63,102 nucleotides of DNA, filler included, from Octopus bimaculoides (GCF_001194135.2; 4 parts of 3 records of this genome joined end to end with filler, not necessarily neighbours in it), one strand, 5' to 3'; counted from the first letter of the whole stretch, positions 1 to 13,228 are shown. Numbers and translations are program-made. The notes: generated by a model not told the origin, from the letters alone.

Positions 1-52
<52 letters not shown>

Positions 53-500
53 CTATATTTGTAGCCTTATTTATAAAGCAATTATTTGTTTAGCCTGAGA
101 GGTTTATATATCAATAGATATCATCATCATTTTAACATCCACTTTTCCATGCTTGCACGGGTCAGGTGGAGTTCACTGAAACAGATTTCTTTGGCCAGAT
201 ATGTTCTCGCAGAATATTGATTGACCAAAGCCTTGTGAGTGGATTTGGTAGATGGAAACTGAAAGAAGCCTGTCGTATATATATATATGTTTGTGTGTCT
301 GTGTTTGTCCCCCCCCACCATCGCTTGACAACCGATGTTGGCATGTTTACATCCCCGTAACTTAGTGGTTCGGCAAAAGAGTCTGATAGGATAAGTACTA
401 GGCTTGCAAAGAATAAATCCTGGGGTTGATTTGTTTGACTAAAGGCGGTGCTCCACCTGGCCGCAGTCAAATGACTGAAACAAATAACAGAATATATGTG

Positions 501-537
<37 letters not shown>

Positions 538-1409
538 NNNNNNNNNNNNNNNNNNNNNNNNNNNNNNNNNNNNNNNNNNNNNNNNNNNNNNNNNNNNNNN
601 NNNNNNNNNNNNNNNNNNNNNNNNNNNNNNNNNNNNNNNNNNNNNNNNNNNNNNNNNNNNNNNNNNNNNNNNNNNNNNNNNNNNNNNNNNNNNNNNNNNN
701 NNNNNNNNNNNNNNNNNNNNNNNNNNNNNNNNNNNNNNNNNNNNNNNNNNNNNNNNNNNNNNNNNNNNNNNNNNNNNNNNNNNNNNNNNNNNNNNNNNNN
801 NNNNNNNNNNNNNNNNNNNNNNNNNNNNNNNNNNNNNNNNNNNNNNNNNNNNNNNNNNNNNNNNNNNNNNNNNNNNNNNNNNNNNNNNNNNNNNNNNNNN
901 NNNNNNNNNNNNNNNNNNNNNNNNNNNNNNNNNNNNNNNNNNNNNNNNNNNNNNNNNNNNNNNNNNNNNNNNNNNNNNNNNNNNNNNNNNNNNNNNNNNN
1001 NNNNNNNNNNNNNNNNNNNNNNNNNNNNNNNNNNNNNNNNNNNAATTACGATTTCGATTTCACTTGCCCCAACAGGTCTTCGCAAGCAGAGTTTAGTGTC
1101 CAAAGAAGGAGAGGTTGGCATGGGTACCAGTTGTTGGGTTCGGTTCGATTTCGATTTCAAATTTCAAATTCCAAATTCACTTGCCTCAACAGGTCTTCAC
1201 AAGCAAAGTTTTTTTTAGTGTCCAATGAAGTAAAGATACGAATAAGTGAGCTGGCTACACTTCTGGCAGAGGTCACAGATTATGCTCTCACTTGCCTTGC
1301 TGGGTCTTCTCATGTACTGCATATTTCCAATATACACATACCTTGCCCGAATAGCTGAATACCAGAACTAGAACTGATATAATACCAGAATTAGAACTGC
1401 TCTAATACC

Positions 1410-2706
1410 AGAACTAGAGAAGTTACAGGTGTGGAAGCAAGGTCTAGAATTGAAGGGCCTTAGAGTCAATCTAGCAAAAACCAAAGTCTTAGTAGGAAGG
1501 CAGACAAATCTCAAATCTCTTTAGGTAGATGGCCCTGTTTGATCTGTAGAAAAGGCATAGTTGGAAACTCCATAAGATGTACCCAGTGTAAGCTATGGAC
1601 ATATAAGAGGTGCAGCAATATCAAACTGGGAAGATAGTTTTTTTGTGTGGCAGATGCACAGGGGCAATAAACACTAAAGACGTACAAAAAACAAATTCCA
1701 TTACATGCCATGGGGAAAAACTAGAAGTAGTTGATAGCTTCCGTTACCTAGGTGACCAAGTCAGTAGGTGGATGCTCTGAGAGTATAGCTGCTAGAATAA
1801 GAATAGCTTGGGCAAAGTTCAGGGAGCTCCTACCTCTGCTGGTAACAAAAGGCTTCTCACTCAAAGTGAAAGGTAGACTGTATGATGCATGTGTGTGAAC
1901 AGCCATGCTACATGGCAGTGAAACATGGGCTGTGACTGCTGACGACATGTATAGGCTTGAAAGAAATGAATCTAGTATACTCTACTGGATGCGTAATGTC
2001 AATGTGCATATACGATAGTGTAAGCACCCTGAGAGAAAAATTGGACATAACAAGCATCAGATGTGGTGTGCAAGAGAGATGACTGCACTGGTATGGTCAT
2101 ATGTTGCATATGGATGAGGGCAGCTGTGTGAAGAAGCATCACACCCTCACAATGTAAGGAACCTGTGGAAGAGGTAGATCCTGGAAGACATGGGATGAGG
2201 TGGTGAAGCACCACCTTTGGATGTTGGGCCTCACAGAGGCAATGACAAGCAACTGAAACCTTTGGGGATATACTGTAATTGAGAAGATCTGGCAAGTCAA
2301 GTGAGATTGTCGCTGTGGCTGATGCCAGTATTGCATAACTGGCCCGTTTCAAAGTACCCTTCAATCGTCAGGCAATATGCTGTGCTTGAGAAGACCTGTT
2401 GAGTCAAGTGAAATCATAGTTGTGGCCGATGCCAGTACTGTCTGATGGGCACCTGTGCTGGAAACGTGTAAAAAGCACCATTTGTGTATAGTCGATGCCA
2501 GTGTTGCCTGACTGGCCCTTGTGCTGGTGGCATGTAAAAAGCACCCACTATGCTCTCTGAGCAGTTGGCATTAGGAAGGGCATTCTTCTGTAGAAACCTT
2601 GCCAGATCAGTCTGGAGCCTGGTGCAACCTCCTGGCTTGCTAGTTCTCAGTCAAACCGTCCAACTCATGCCAGCATGGAAAGCGGATGTTAATCGATGAT
2701 GATGAT
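1410..2706 (+). mobile_element. Decayed RTE-clade LINE, 3' part with 3' UTR and (GAT)n tail
   Basis: Broken frames read WKQGLELKGLRVNLAKTKVL, LEVVDSFRYLGD, ARIRIAWAKFRELLPLL, AMLHGSETW, GRGRSWKTW; ends gttaatcgatgatgatgat. Confidence 0.9.
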
Positions 2707-5136
2707 GTTTCTTACAGTTTCTTTTTACAAATTCAACTGACAAGGCTTTTATTGGTCCTAGGCTATAGTAGAAGACACTCGCCCAAGGTGTTATGCAGTG
2801 AGATTGAATCTGGAATTATGTGGTTGAGAAGCAAACTTCTTACTACACAGTCACACCTGCACCTATAAATATATGTAATAATGTATTTGTAGTGTAGATT
2901 AGTCAGCTAGTGCATGGTGAGAGTTATGTAACACAGTTTCTGGCTCAGAGAATATGCAGTGTTCTAATCTCAAAGATGTTTGTGTCTAAGGAGTTGAACT
3001 GTGAATTTTTTTTGCCAAATGTCTAGCTCCTCATACATTTTGTGTTTATTTAATCTTTAGTTTGTTTTAGCTATTACAACTAAAGCCATGCTTCTGCTCA
3101 GCTTTGAGTATTTATGTGGTAACTTAAAAAAAAAAAAAAAAGATTTATAATCTAAATGTTCTTTGGGATATTAATTGAAATTTACACCTTTTTGTAGTGT
3201 ACTGAGGTTAACTTAAACAGTTTATTGTATTTTCACTAAAATTTTGTGGGTATTTAAAAGATATTTTTATATAAAAATAATTATAGCATTTTTTTCTTTA
3301 AAAAAAAGACAAGCAAAAACTATCTCAGCCAACCATATTTTTGTGACAAGTGCCATAGTAATAATAGATTAATTTATGATTTAGTTTCAATTTCTTCTTG
3401 GATATTTTTCATTTATGTCAATGGTGACTTTAGGAAAAACACGAATATAACAGGACCTAGTTTTCCCCCACTTCCAATGCTGTACAGTACTTATATACCT
3501 TATAAATCGGTTATTAGCTGTTATTTTCAACCTTCACCACTAAACAGCTAATCTGATTATTAAGACATTAATCCTTGAGTAATCATAGAGGGTTTTTTTT
3601 ATTTTCTCTAAATTATTGTTATTGTGGTTGAATTTTTTCTAGTTTTATATAGAGAGAAAGACTAAAGGATTATCCCTTGTTACTAAAGAAAGTCTCCAGC
3701 TGGAGGTGGATGATATGTGTAGAAAAAGTTTAGTATGGAATAAGTTATTACACATATACCAACCATTCTATGTGACTTGTAATCATACTCAGTTTAGGTG
3801 TGATGGCAAGGTGGCAGGCTAAGATGAGTGAACCAGATTGATCTGGTACTTAATGCTACTGACAGGTGAACTGGAATAAGTAAAGTGCTATGTCCAGAAT
3901 TATAATGAAATGCAACAGCAAATTTGAACTCATGATGTATAATCAAGTAGACTTATCCAGTCGGTCATCTCACTTTTAATAAAGAACATATTTCTGTGAA
4001 TATGGTCATGAGTACACATCTTACTACAGCCTTTGTGTTCTACCTTTGTATGTTTCAGTTTGGTTTACATAACAAGATAGGGATTAACTAACAAGATGGT
4101 ATCAGATGTAGTAAATGGTATAAAATATTGTAAGCTCTAATTTTACATAAAAATATGCAACAGGCTCACTTCAGGGATAGAACCATGAACCTGTTCCTTG
4201 CAGTCTGATTGTATTACTAATTATTACACTACAGAGTGCCTACCATTTCCTCCTCCTCTCAAATTAAAAACTATAATTTTTCTGCATTTTATGACTGTAC
4301 TATATGTTGTGTACAAGGCACCCTCCCTCCTGCACTGGTGCTGTGATGAGACTCCCCCCTCCATGCTCTCTCTACAGGTGATTGATAAGTGAGACTACTT
4401 CTCTAGTGCTGGTGCCACAGAAAAATGCACCAGATACATACTGTAAAGTAGTTGGCAAATGAGCAGAGAAAGCCTATGGTTGGGAAATCCATTTAGATCT
4501 CTGTCACTGAGGATTATTCAAACTCTAGTGTTGGTGCCACAAGAAAATGCACCAGTGCACTCTGTAAAATGTTTGGTGATGATAAGGGCATTGAGTCATT
4601 GCAAACAAGCCAAATGACATGAACAACTATCTGTCTGTGGGAGCAGCAGCTCCCATTAAGAAATGACTTGTAACTGTGATGACCCATCCAATCCATGCTA
4701 GAATGGGATACAGATGTAAGAATGATAATGATGACGATAATTATGGTTATTAATCAGTCAATGTTAGCAGGATAAGTTATTTTATTAATATCCAACATTT
4801 CAAGGTGTTCTACCTCAGTCTGATATTTATGGTGAGAAATAAACCCTATCAATCAAAATATGAAGTATAGTTAAAAGTAGCAGAAAATACATTTATAGAA
4901 CCTAATTTGAAAAGAGGGAATGGCAAATGTTGTGAATTGTTATTAACAATGTAGTTACTAATCAAGTAATAGATACAGGCATGGTTCAAATCCTATTGTT
5001 GGGCCTGTTGCTTTTTGCCTATCTCAAATTGGAGCTTACGATAATCATAAAAACAATTTCTACTCTCTACATCATAACTGAGTGGTTAGCAATAGAAAAA
5101 TCATGTAATGGAACCCTCTCACTTGTGGGATAGAGA

Positions 5137-5179
5137 GTTGCTGAAGAGGTCACAGAATGTGTGACGAAAGAACTTTGAC
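5137..5179 (+). ncRNA. Minimal type I hammerhead motif in a TMEM181 intron, sense strand
   Basis: GUUG-CUGAAGA-G-GUCACA-GAAUG-UGUGAC-GAAA-G-AA-CUU-UGAC; core intact, perfect 6-bp helix II, 4-bp helix I with two G-U pairs. Confidence 0.7.
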
Positions 5180-5457
5180 AAAAAAGACTAAAATAATAAT
5201 AAAGCTAAAGTGAAGACCAAATATATAGTGCATGTGTTTAATTGGCAAAATATGACCATCCCCAAGTGTAACAATAGGATTTTAAAAAAATTCTCCCTTA
5301 AATTTTATTTTTACTATTATGGGATTTCTTGAACATTAGTATGTACAGTTCTACAATTATAATTGAGATAAATTTTCTGAAGTTATAAAACTGTTGTCAA
5401 TAAAATATACAAAATATTATATTTTATGATTAATTTTTGATTTTATGATTGTTGTAG

Positions 5458-5577
5458 AAATGTGATGACCTAATTTTGATGCACTTGGGATTTTTGGATT
5501 ATTCCAATTATATTATCAGTGTCCGTTTCTTTGGATTAGAAAACGTCAAATACAAATTTGAAAATATTGATTTTCAT
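5458..5577 (+). CDS. TMEM181: TMEM181 coding exon (first one visible in window), phase 0/0: KCDDLILMHLGFLDYSNYIISVRFFGLENVKYKFENIDFH
   Basis: ttgtag acceptor, gtaagt donor, 120-nt open frame resembling vertebrate TMEM181 KCAEIIVAHLGYLNYTQYTVIVGF (recalled, not aligned by tool). Confidence 0.85.
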
Positions 5578-6589
5578 GTAAGTAAACTTAACATTATAGT
5601 ATGACATTGTTATGCTCTTTAATTTTCTTTTCAATTTATTCTAAGAAAAAAATGTATTATATCATTTTTCGTGAGCATGGGGATGCAGTAAACTAGAAAT
5701 CTCTTGATTTCCAGCCAGAATTGTTCCAGTTTGATGCTAAATTCTGGTTATCCAGTGCATTTAGTGGTGTTCACTTCAATATAACTCCACAGTTTTGCTC
5801 TCCTAAATGTTTTTCTCTCAGATTTTAATCCACAGACGTTCAGGTTGGGCATTTGGAACATCAGTTTCATCAACCTGAGAGAAAGACCTGTGAAGGTCAT
5901 GGTCCCTGACTTTCATCTCCTGATGAACATTTTTTTATTCTTTTACTTGTTTCACTCATTGGACTGTGACCATCCTTGGGCACTGTCTTGATCAATTTTA
6001 TACCTGTACTTAATTTATGTCTGGTATTTATTCCTTTGCTGAATTAAGTTGCAGGGGCACAAATCAGTCTACACTGGTTGTTAAATGGATGAAAGGTGTG
6101 AAGGAACAAAAAAAGGGGAATATAGAAGAGGGGGAGGAGCAAGAAACTAGGTGAGTTACTGATGGCAAGAGAGGTGTAGGAGTCCAAAGAGTAGGTTAGA
6201 GTCAGTGTTGACAGGATGGAGAAACTGTTGGGAGAAAACTGAGAGAGAGAAAAACAAGGCTGAGAGTTGGGAAGTAGTGGGTGAGTGCAGGGAGAGCAAT
6301 AAGGGAAAGAGAAGCTGAAAGGTAGAGGGCGATTGAATGTGAATGCAGAGAAAGCATCCTAGGTGAGGTGGCTATGGAGAAAGAAAGTTGAGAGAAAGGG
6401 GTAGGAATGGCAGTGGTTAAATGCAACAAGAGCAGTGAGAGAAAGAAAGAGTGGGTAATGAGATGAAGGCAAGAATAGGTGTGGGTGAGAATGTCTGATG
6501 CAGCCTCTTATATGATGAGAAGGGAATCAGAGTGAAGTAGATGATGTAGTCTGCCCAAGCAGTGGAGAGATGGGGTGGGGACTATGAAA

Positions 6590-7190
6590 GATGAAGTCTT
6601 TGTCGTTCTCTTCTACAGCTTCCACTAACTTGGAGTGCTCAGCACTTTTGTATACAACAATCATCCCCTGTATGCTTCACATACCTGTTCTAGCACAGCC
6701 TCCTTTTTTGTGCACTACATCTGATTCCTCTTATTTCATTTTTGCTCTCTCATGTTCATGTACACTAATAGTATACATCCATTGGATCATGTTGGCTTCA
6801 TTTCATTCTAGTCTTTGCAAGTTTTCTATATTCAATGCCCATATCTCACTACCATGCAACTTCACATTCTATCATGTCATACAATCTGCTCTTCTCACTC
6901 TGAGAGGAAGGTATCTTTGTTAACAGCAATAGTAATAGCTTCCTGAACTTTTTACCAATTTGTCCTTAGCCTGGTGACTAGTTTTTCTGAACAACCATTT
7001 CCCCTGCTAATTATGTATCCTAGGAAACAGAAGTTCTCAACTACTTCTAATGAGCCAACTGAGCATTTAAGAGAATCTATTTCTGGTGTGCTCATTATAT
7101 GTATTGTTTTGGTGCATCTGTCACATACAAAGCTTGCCTTCTCTGTTAGCCTACCATCTCTTGTATGTAATATCTAAGAAAGTTTACTTC
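6590..7190 (-). mobile_element. Older decayed RTE-clade LINE fragment
   Basis: Reverse complement resembles the 1410-2320 copy (aagttcaggaagctattac, agattgtatgacatgatag, gtgctgagcactcc). Confidence 0.7.
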
Positions 7191-8849
7191 CTAACTGCAT
7201 GGTTTCAGTCCAGTCTCATTGCATGGCACTTTGGGCAAATATCTTCTACTGTAGTCCTGAGCCAACCAAAGTCTTTTGAATGGATTTGGTAGATGGAAAT
7301 TGAAAGAAGGTTTACTCACCACATGCTCTTCAGTTCAGGTCCTAAGATTGTATTGTGCTTCTGCAAGTAAGGTTCATTACACTACTTGTATTAGTTTGAC
7401 TGACTGAACAAAGAAATAGGCCCTAAACTCTGCTGTATGTTTGAGTGGACAGTTCACCATACAACTAGTATTTCAGATATAACACATCATCATTTCATCA
7501 TTGTTTAATGTCTGCCTTCCATGCTAGCATGGGTGGGACAGTTTGACAAAAGCTGGCCAGGGAGAAGCCTGCAGCAGACTTCTGTGACTTTTGGCAAGAT
7601 TTTTACAGCTGGATGCCCTTCCTAACACCAACCACTCAGCAGAGAGGACTTAGTGCATTTTATGTGGCACAAGCACAGGCAAGGTCACTTTTGGCAAGGT
7701 TTTTACAGCTGGGTGCCCTTCCAAACACCAACCACTTTACAGTGTGGACAGTGCTTTTAAGTGGCACCTGCACTGACAGGGTCATCAAGTACTTGCATGA
7801 AAAAAAAATCTACACCCAATAACAAGAGGAACATGTATGACAACTGCTTCAAAACCTGTGGCTTCTGTCCTCCTATATCAATAATTACTGGTACTTTTGT
7901 TATGCTGGACTTTTCTCAAGTTCAACTTTTTTACATTTATACCTGATGTTGTAGTTATCCAACACATCATAAATATAAACAAAGTAAATAAGATATATTT
8001 TCTTCTGATTTGTTGGTTGTCTGCTCTTTATATCTGCATGCATCTGCACGATTGTGTGTTTGTTTTTCTTCCCTCCTCTTCTCTTTGTCTCTCTCATTGC
8101 AGCATATGTTTCCTCGTGACACACACACTTTTTAACTATATCTTCCCCATCTCTCTCCAGCTGCTCCTTATATTACTCTTTCACCCCTCTCTTTATTATT
8201 TATATTTTTTTTTCAATTCTTGAATATAGAGCAAATACATTCCTCAATGCACATATTAAGTAAGTAAATAAGATAGAATATGAGTACCTTAATACAAGGT
8301 ATTGGTTTGGATGGAGTTTAAAGAATTAAGAAAAATAAAGATGTCCTTGTGTTATTTTATGCAAAGACATTATCATTAGAGTATCTTAACATTAGTTTGT
8401 TAAAGAATGTGCTCCTCAAATACTTAAAATACTGACATTGTCTCTACTACGTAACTGTTTTATTGTCATTGAGGTAGTGACAGCTGTCTAAGTAGTAAAA
8501 TTCAAGTTAGTCAATACTTCTTAATGTGACATATTTAAATAGGTGCAGATGGGTCAAGTGTGTGTGTGTATGTATGTGAGAGAGAGATTAGATATGCCAG
8601 CACCTTATCCTTCTGCTAATGCACACTCACACACATAATATAAAAGTAAGGTATATATTGATTGATTTATTTATTACATACCCCTAAAGGGACTTCAGTG
8701 TGTTTGTCATATTTTTGACATTACCACTAGCACTACTAGATATAATGTCTATAACCTTACTGTGTCTCCTGCAAGGATTTGAGTTCAGCACTGCAAGCTG
8801 CTGAAACTCTGGTTAGTATTATATGACTGCTGTGAGCTCCATGGCTGCA

Positions 8850-9480
8850 CAGAATCTATTTATGATTTGGTGCAGTGAAATATCGAGACTTCAGTGTTTT
8901 TGCTGGGGACCCAACACAGAACTAGTGGTGGTATAATAGTGTTGACTCTAAAGTCCATTTGGTGTATGCAATGTAAGCTGTGGATGCACAAGAGGTGCAG
9001 CAGAATATCAGCCAGACTAGCAGAGAAAGTGAGCTTCATATGTGACAGTTGCACTGGAGCAACGTGTATTGAGCACAATGGATATAAATTCTGTTAAATG
9101 TCCAGATGGGTCACTAGAAGTAGTCAATAGCTTTTATTATGTAGGAGATATAATTAACTTTGAAAGTATAGTTATTCTGAAAGTATAGTAGCAAGAATAA
9201 GAGTGGGTTGGAAAAAGTTCAGGGAGCTATTACTGCTGCTGCAACAAAGGTCTTTTCCCTCTGAATGAAGAGCAGATTGTATGATGCTTGTGTTACAACT
9301 ACAGTGCTGCATAGTAGTAAGACATGGGTCTTAAATGCAGAGGACTTGATTAGACAATGGGAAAAAATGAAGCTAGCATGCTTGTTAGATGTCCAGTGTA
9401 AGTGTGCATGAACAACAAAGTACAAATATGTTGAGACAAAAATTATGCATAAGTGTATTGAGATATAGTGTGCAAGAAAG
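8850..9480 (+). mobile_element. Decayed RTE-clade LINE fragment including PHD-like finger
   Basis: ORF 8894..9097 CMQCKLWMHKRCS...FICDSC, followed by LEVVNSFYYVGD and ARIRVGWKKFRELL. Confidence 0.8.
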
Positions 9481-9871
9481 AAACCTCACATTTAGTAATC
9501 ACTGAACCGGCAATGTGTCTCCTGCACAGCAAGACATGTTCCTGTCTATCATACTTAAGTCTCTTAATGCCTGGTATGAAGACATCTCCACTCAGCTAAT
9601 GGGGCTTTTTTGTTTTGCAAGTTACTTGTTGACTTCACTTGTGCTGGGGGCCATGAAAAAAAGCACTCAGTATACTCTGTAAAGTGATTGGTATTAGGTG
9701 GGGCATTCAGTTGTATAAACCATGCTAAAACAGATGCAGTCCTCTGGCTCATCAGATCCTGTTGAAGCATCCACTGCATGCCAATATGGGACATGGACTT
9801 TAAATGATGATGATGATGGTGTGTGTATGTGCATATGTATGTATAAATATATATAAATATACACTCATACA

Positions 9872-9902
<31 letters not shown>

Positions 9903-10149
9903 TTATATATTTTCTTTTATATGTTTCAGCCGCAAGGCTGTGGCTAGTGTATGTAGAGAGCGCGGGAGATGTACATATAAAATAATAATGAACTTATTTT
10001 ATACAGTGGTCATTTGCACTACAACTCATCAGAAAAAGTAACCAAAACTGCATGAACTGTGTGTAGACTATGCACAGGAAGTGAACTGTAAATAAGTCTA
10101 CAATGAAGAAAAAAAAAATAGGGGAGGTGGGGCATCAGGTGGAAGTTGT

Positions 10150-10540
10150 GAAGGATGTAGTGTCTCAACAGCCAACAACTAATGCAGGTTGTTTATTCCA
10201 TGTTTCAACAATTCTGAGCATGAAAAAATGTTTCCGAAAGTCATGGGTGCTGTGTTGTTTTTTTATTTTGTAAGCATGTCCATGAGTGTTAGACAAATGG
10301 AATTCAAAAAGGTGCCTAAAGTTGTTGTTGGAAAGATGGTAGATAATATTGTGGGACTCAATCAAGTCAGTTGCCAGGTGTTGGAGCTTTAATGTGTCCA
10401 TGTTCTGGGAAGCAAGACACTCAGAGTATGGTAGATGCCTGACGGCAGGTATTTGTCTGGTTGCATGCTTCTGAATAGTTTCCAGTAGATTGATATGCTG
10501 AGGGAGATAGGGGTTCCAGACTGGTGATGCAAACTCATAT
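10150..10540 (-). mobile_element. CR1/L2-group LINE C-terminal remnant
   Basis: ORF 10165..10557: EFASPVWNPYL..INLLETIQKHATRQIP..RHLPY...NTHGHAYKIKK...RKHFF.LRIVETWNK.P..VV, the typical CR1-like ORF2 end. Confidence 0.85.
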
Positions 10541-10644
10541 ATGTATATATTTTCCATGTATCATTTTTGTTTAATGCAATTTTATTCTCAATCATCCATG
10601 TCCTTTTTCAAGTTTCTTGTCCTCTATTTTTGAATTATTATTGA

Positions 10645-10716
<72 letters not shown>

Positions 10717-10944
10717 ATTCATTCATTCATTCAGCTTTTCCCATTACATCCCTGACTTCTTCACTCATTCATTCACTAAAAAATTGCCAAAGATTCTGGA
10801 AATTTTCAGAAACATTTATGGTCATTGTTTTTTTTTAAGATTGTTTCTATGTGCAATTTGTCATATTGGCATAAGTTACATGGATCTACAGTAGGGTTTG
10901 TGTAACTAAAGTCCAATATGAGAAGCTGATGAGAGATTTCTAGT

Positions 10945-11398
10945 TACCTTCACCAAAGGAGGTTATGTTTTCATCAGCGTTGGTTTGTCCGTTTATCCGC
11001 AAAATAACTCAAAAAGTTGTATTTGATGAAACTTGCGGGAAAAATTGGTAGCCTGGTGTAGCCATCTGGTTTCACCAGTCCTCAGTCAAATCGTCCAACC
11101 CATGCTAGCATGGAAGGCGGGCGTTAAACGATGATGATGATGATACAAGGAACAGATGATGAAATTTTGGTAGTGATTTGGGAATTTTTATGGATTCTTG
11201 AAGGATTTTTCATTTGTTATATTTACTTTACATGAAGTATTACAATGTAACGTTCTTTGATTATCTCCCTTGAAAACATATTCATCGTTTGCACGTAACC
11301 TATGGTGGTGTTGGTGTTTCCAAAATTTATTTTCGTTTCTCTATTAGTAATTTTACTTGCGCATCTATCTTAAAATGAGCTGCTTGGCGGAGGTCTGT
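10945..11398 (+). mobile_element. Non-autonomous Helentron-associated (HINE/DINE-like) element, interrupted by a SINE tail and cut off by a LINE
   Basis: 5' accttcaccaa(aggaggttatgttttc) at 10946-10956 and 3' ttggcggaggt at 11384-11394 are imperfect subterminal inverted repeats; SINE 3' fragment at 11051-11144. Confidence 0.6.
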
Positions 11399-11399
11399 G

Positions 11400-11890
11400 G
11401 AGGATGACATGACAAGCCTTGACTATTGAGATCAGCTCAAAAAGATCAGGCTTTGCTCTCTCCACTGCCGCTGTGAACTCTATATCTTCTGTATGATGTG
11501 GAAAATATTCCATCAACATTGCCCATCTTTAAAATTCGTCTGAGGCTTGGCCCCCGTGCCATCCCTCCACTACAGAAATGTTCGTGTCATATCACAACAC
11601 TATGACAGAACTATTTCACCTCAATTGGCCCTGCTCTCTTCAACATCGTGCCAGACACACATAAAGGAGGAAAGTGACTTCACGGCATTCAAACGATCCC
11701 TCGATGATTACCCCCAACAAATACCAGATAAACCACCCTCACCCAGATATGTCTCTGAAAACAATAACCCTCTGCTTAAATGGGCTACATTTCCCCACAG
11801 CTGACTGTGTATCTCTTCCAGGTGGTGCTATTAAATTAGACATGGCCTGAGTCAACTTCAGCCAAAACTTATCTAAGTAATCTAATCTAT
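11400..11890 (+). mobile_element. CR1-group LINE 3' end
   Basis: Reads ...FTSIGPALFNIVP..HIKEESDFTAFKRSLDDYPQQIPDKPPSPRYVSENNNPLLKW-stop, then a short UTR with hairpin and tctaa-type tail. Confidence 0.7.
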
Positions 11891-12595
11891 GCTGTAACCT
11901 TTTAATCAAAGCATGACAACGTGAGTAGAGGCTGATATCTTAACATTTTCTGATGGTCTTAAGTATAAAAAAAATTATTAAAGATTTATATAGAACTACA
12001 TTCAGAGTATGTCTATAAGTTATTGTGTTTAGACCTGGTTTCTATCCTCAAACTGTTCCATTTTGTAGATGCAATTTTTTTTTATTTTTTATAAAGCACT
12101 CCGAAATTAGAAAAATAAAAAATCTGCAACAACCTTGGTCTCATGAGTATCGGATAATGGAATTTCAACTGTGTAAAGAAATTGATTGTGGTGATCGTAG
12201 TTTTGACGGTGATTGTGGTGAAAGCAGAGACAGTGTTGATGATGACGATGGTCGAGATAAGTATGGGAGGAGGATAAAATAGTACCGGTGGTTATAATGG
12301 CGACAGGAGCGGTGTGATGTGTGATGCTGGTAATAGTGGTGTTGATGATAGTGTTAGCTGTATGATGGTGGTATTGCAGTGGTTATACTGGTTGTGGTGA
12401 TGAAAGTGACTGTCAAGGTAACCGTCATGATAACGTTGATGATGGTGTATGTGGTTGAAGTGGAAGTAATGACAATGCTGCTGATGATGTTGGTAGTTGT
12501 GGTGGTGGTGGTGATAGTGGTAGGATAGTTGTGGTGGTGATTGTGATATGGTGGTAGCGGTGGTGGTGGTCGTCGTCGTAGTGCTGCTCCTGCTA

Positions 12596-12636
12596 GTTTG
12601 GCGGAGGTCTGCGCTCTCCGAGTGCTTTTCTAGTTT
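12596..12636 (+). mobile_element. Isolated Helentron-type 3' terminus
   Basis: ttggcggaggt, then hairpin gcgctc-tcc-gagtgc (12611-12625), then ttttctagtt. Confidence 0.65.
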
Positions 12637-12699
12637 TGTTTGCTTTTATCGTGTTTTATATGATTTAACCAATATGTCCAATTTTGCTTCTATTTTCAG

Positions 12700-12780
12700 T
12701 TTAAAAGTTACAATGTCAACTTCACTCAGCTTGAAATATGGCTAAGATTTGTATTCTTAGTATTCACATTTATCACAGCA
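12700..12780 (+). CDS. TMEM181: TMEM181 exon: FKSYNVNFTQLEIWLRFVFLVFTFITA
   Basis: tattttcag acceptor, gtaagt donor, 81 nt; matches family motif WKTYNPAFSRLEIWFRFFFVVLTF. Confidence 0.93.
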
Positions 12781-13228
12781 GTAAGTTTCACATTATTATA
12801 TAAAACAATGTTTGTTACACATCATATACAAGCTAATGAGGAGGTGTGGGGTCCTATGTAGTGATTTGACCTGCTAGATATAGTAGTCAAATTTCTCTCA
12901 AATCACACACTATCATCTTCCAAAAAAGAAAGCTATATTAGATTAAATAGTCTTAGATATAGTATGTCTTGATAAAAGGTGGGATGGTCCTATATGATTG
13001 GTTTACTTGATCTAGGCTGGAGTGGGCCTAATAGTAACTACATACATGGCATACATATGAGTCAATGAGGTAGCTTTCATACAATCATCCAAGCTGGTAG
13101 AAGTAGCAGCCAAATATCTCTTATGGCAAGTTAAACTTGATACATATAAAAGGGTTTGAATTTTGGCATCAAGAAATTTTGTTAGAAATATGGTGAAATG
13201 TTACTGTGTGTGTTTGTGTGTGTGTGTT

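Noticed and set aside
4060-4135. Candidate upstream TMEM181 exon ending at gtaag (about 4130)
   Set aside because: Translations do not resemble the expected upstream TMEM181 segment.
6060-6590. Purine-rich tracts here and at 60580-61020 as coding or G-quadruplex elements
   Set aside because: Low-complexity, probably decayed repeat; no regular G-runs or credible protein.
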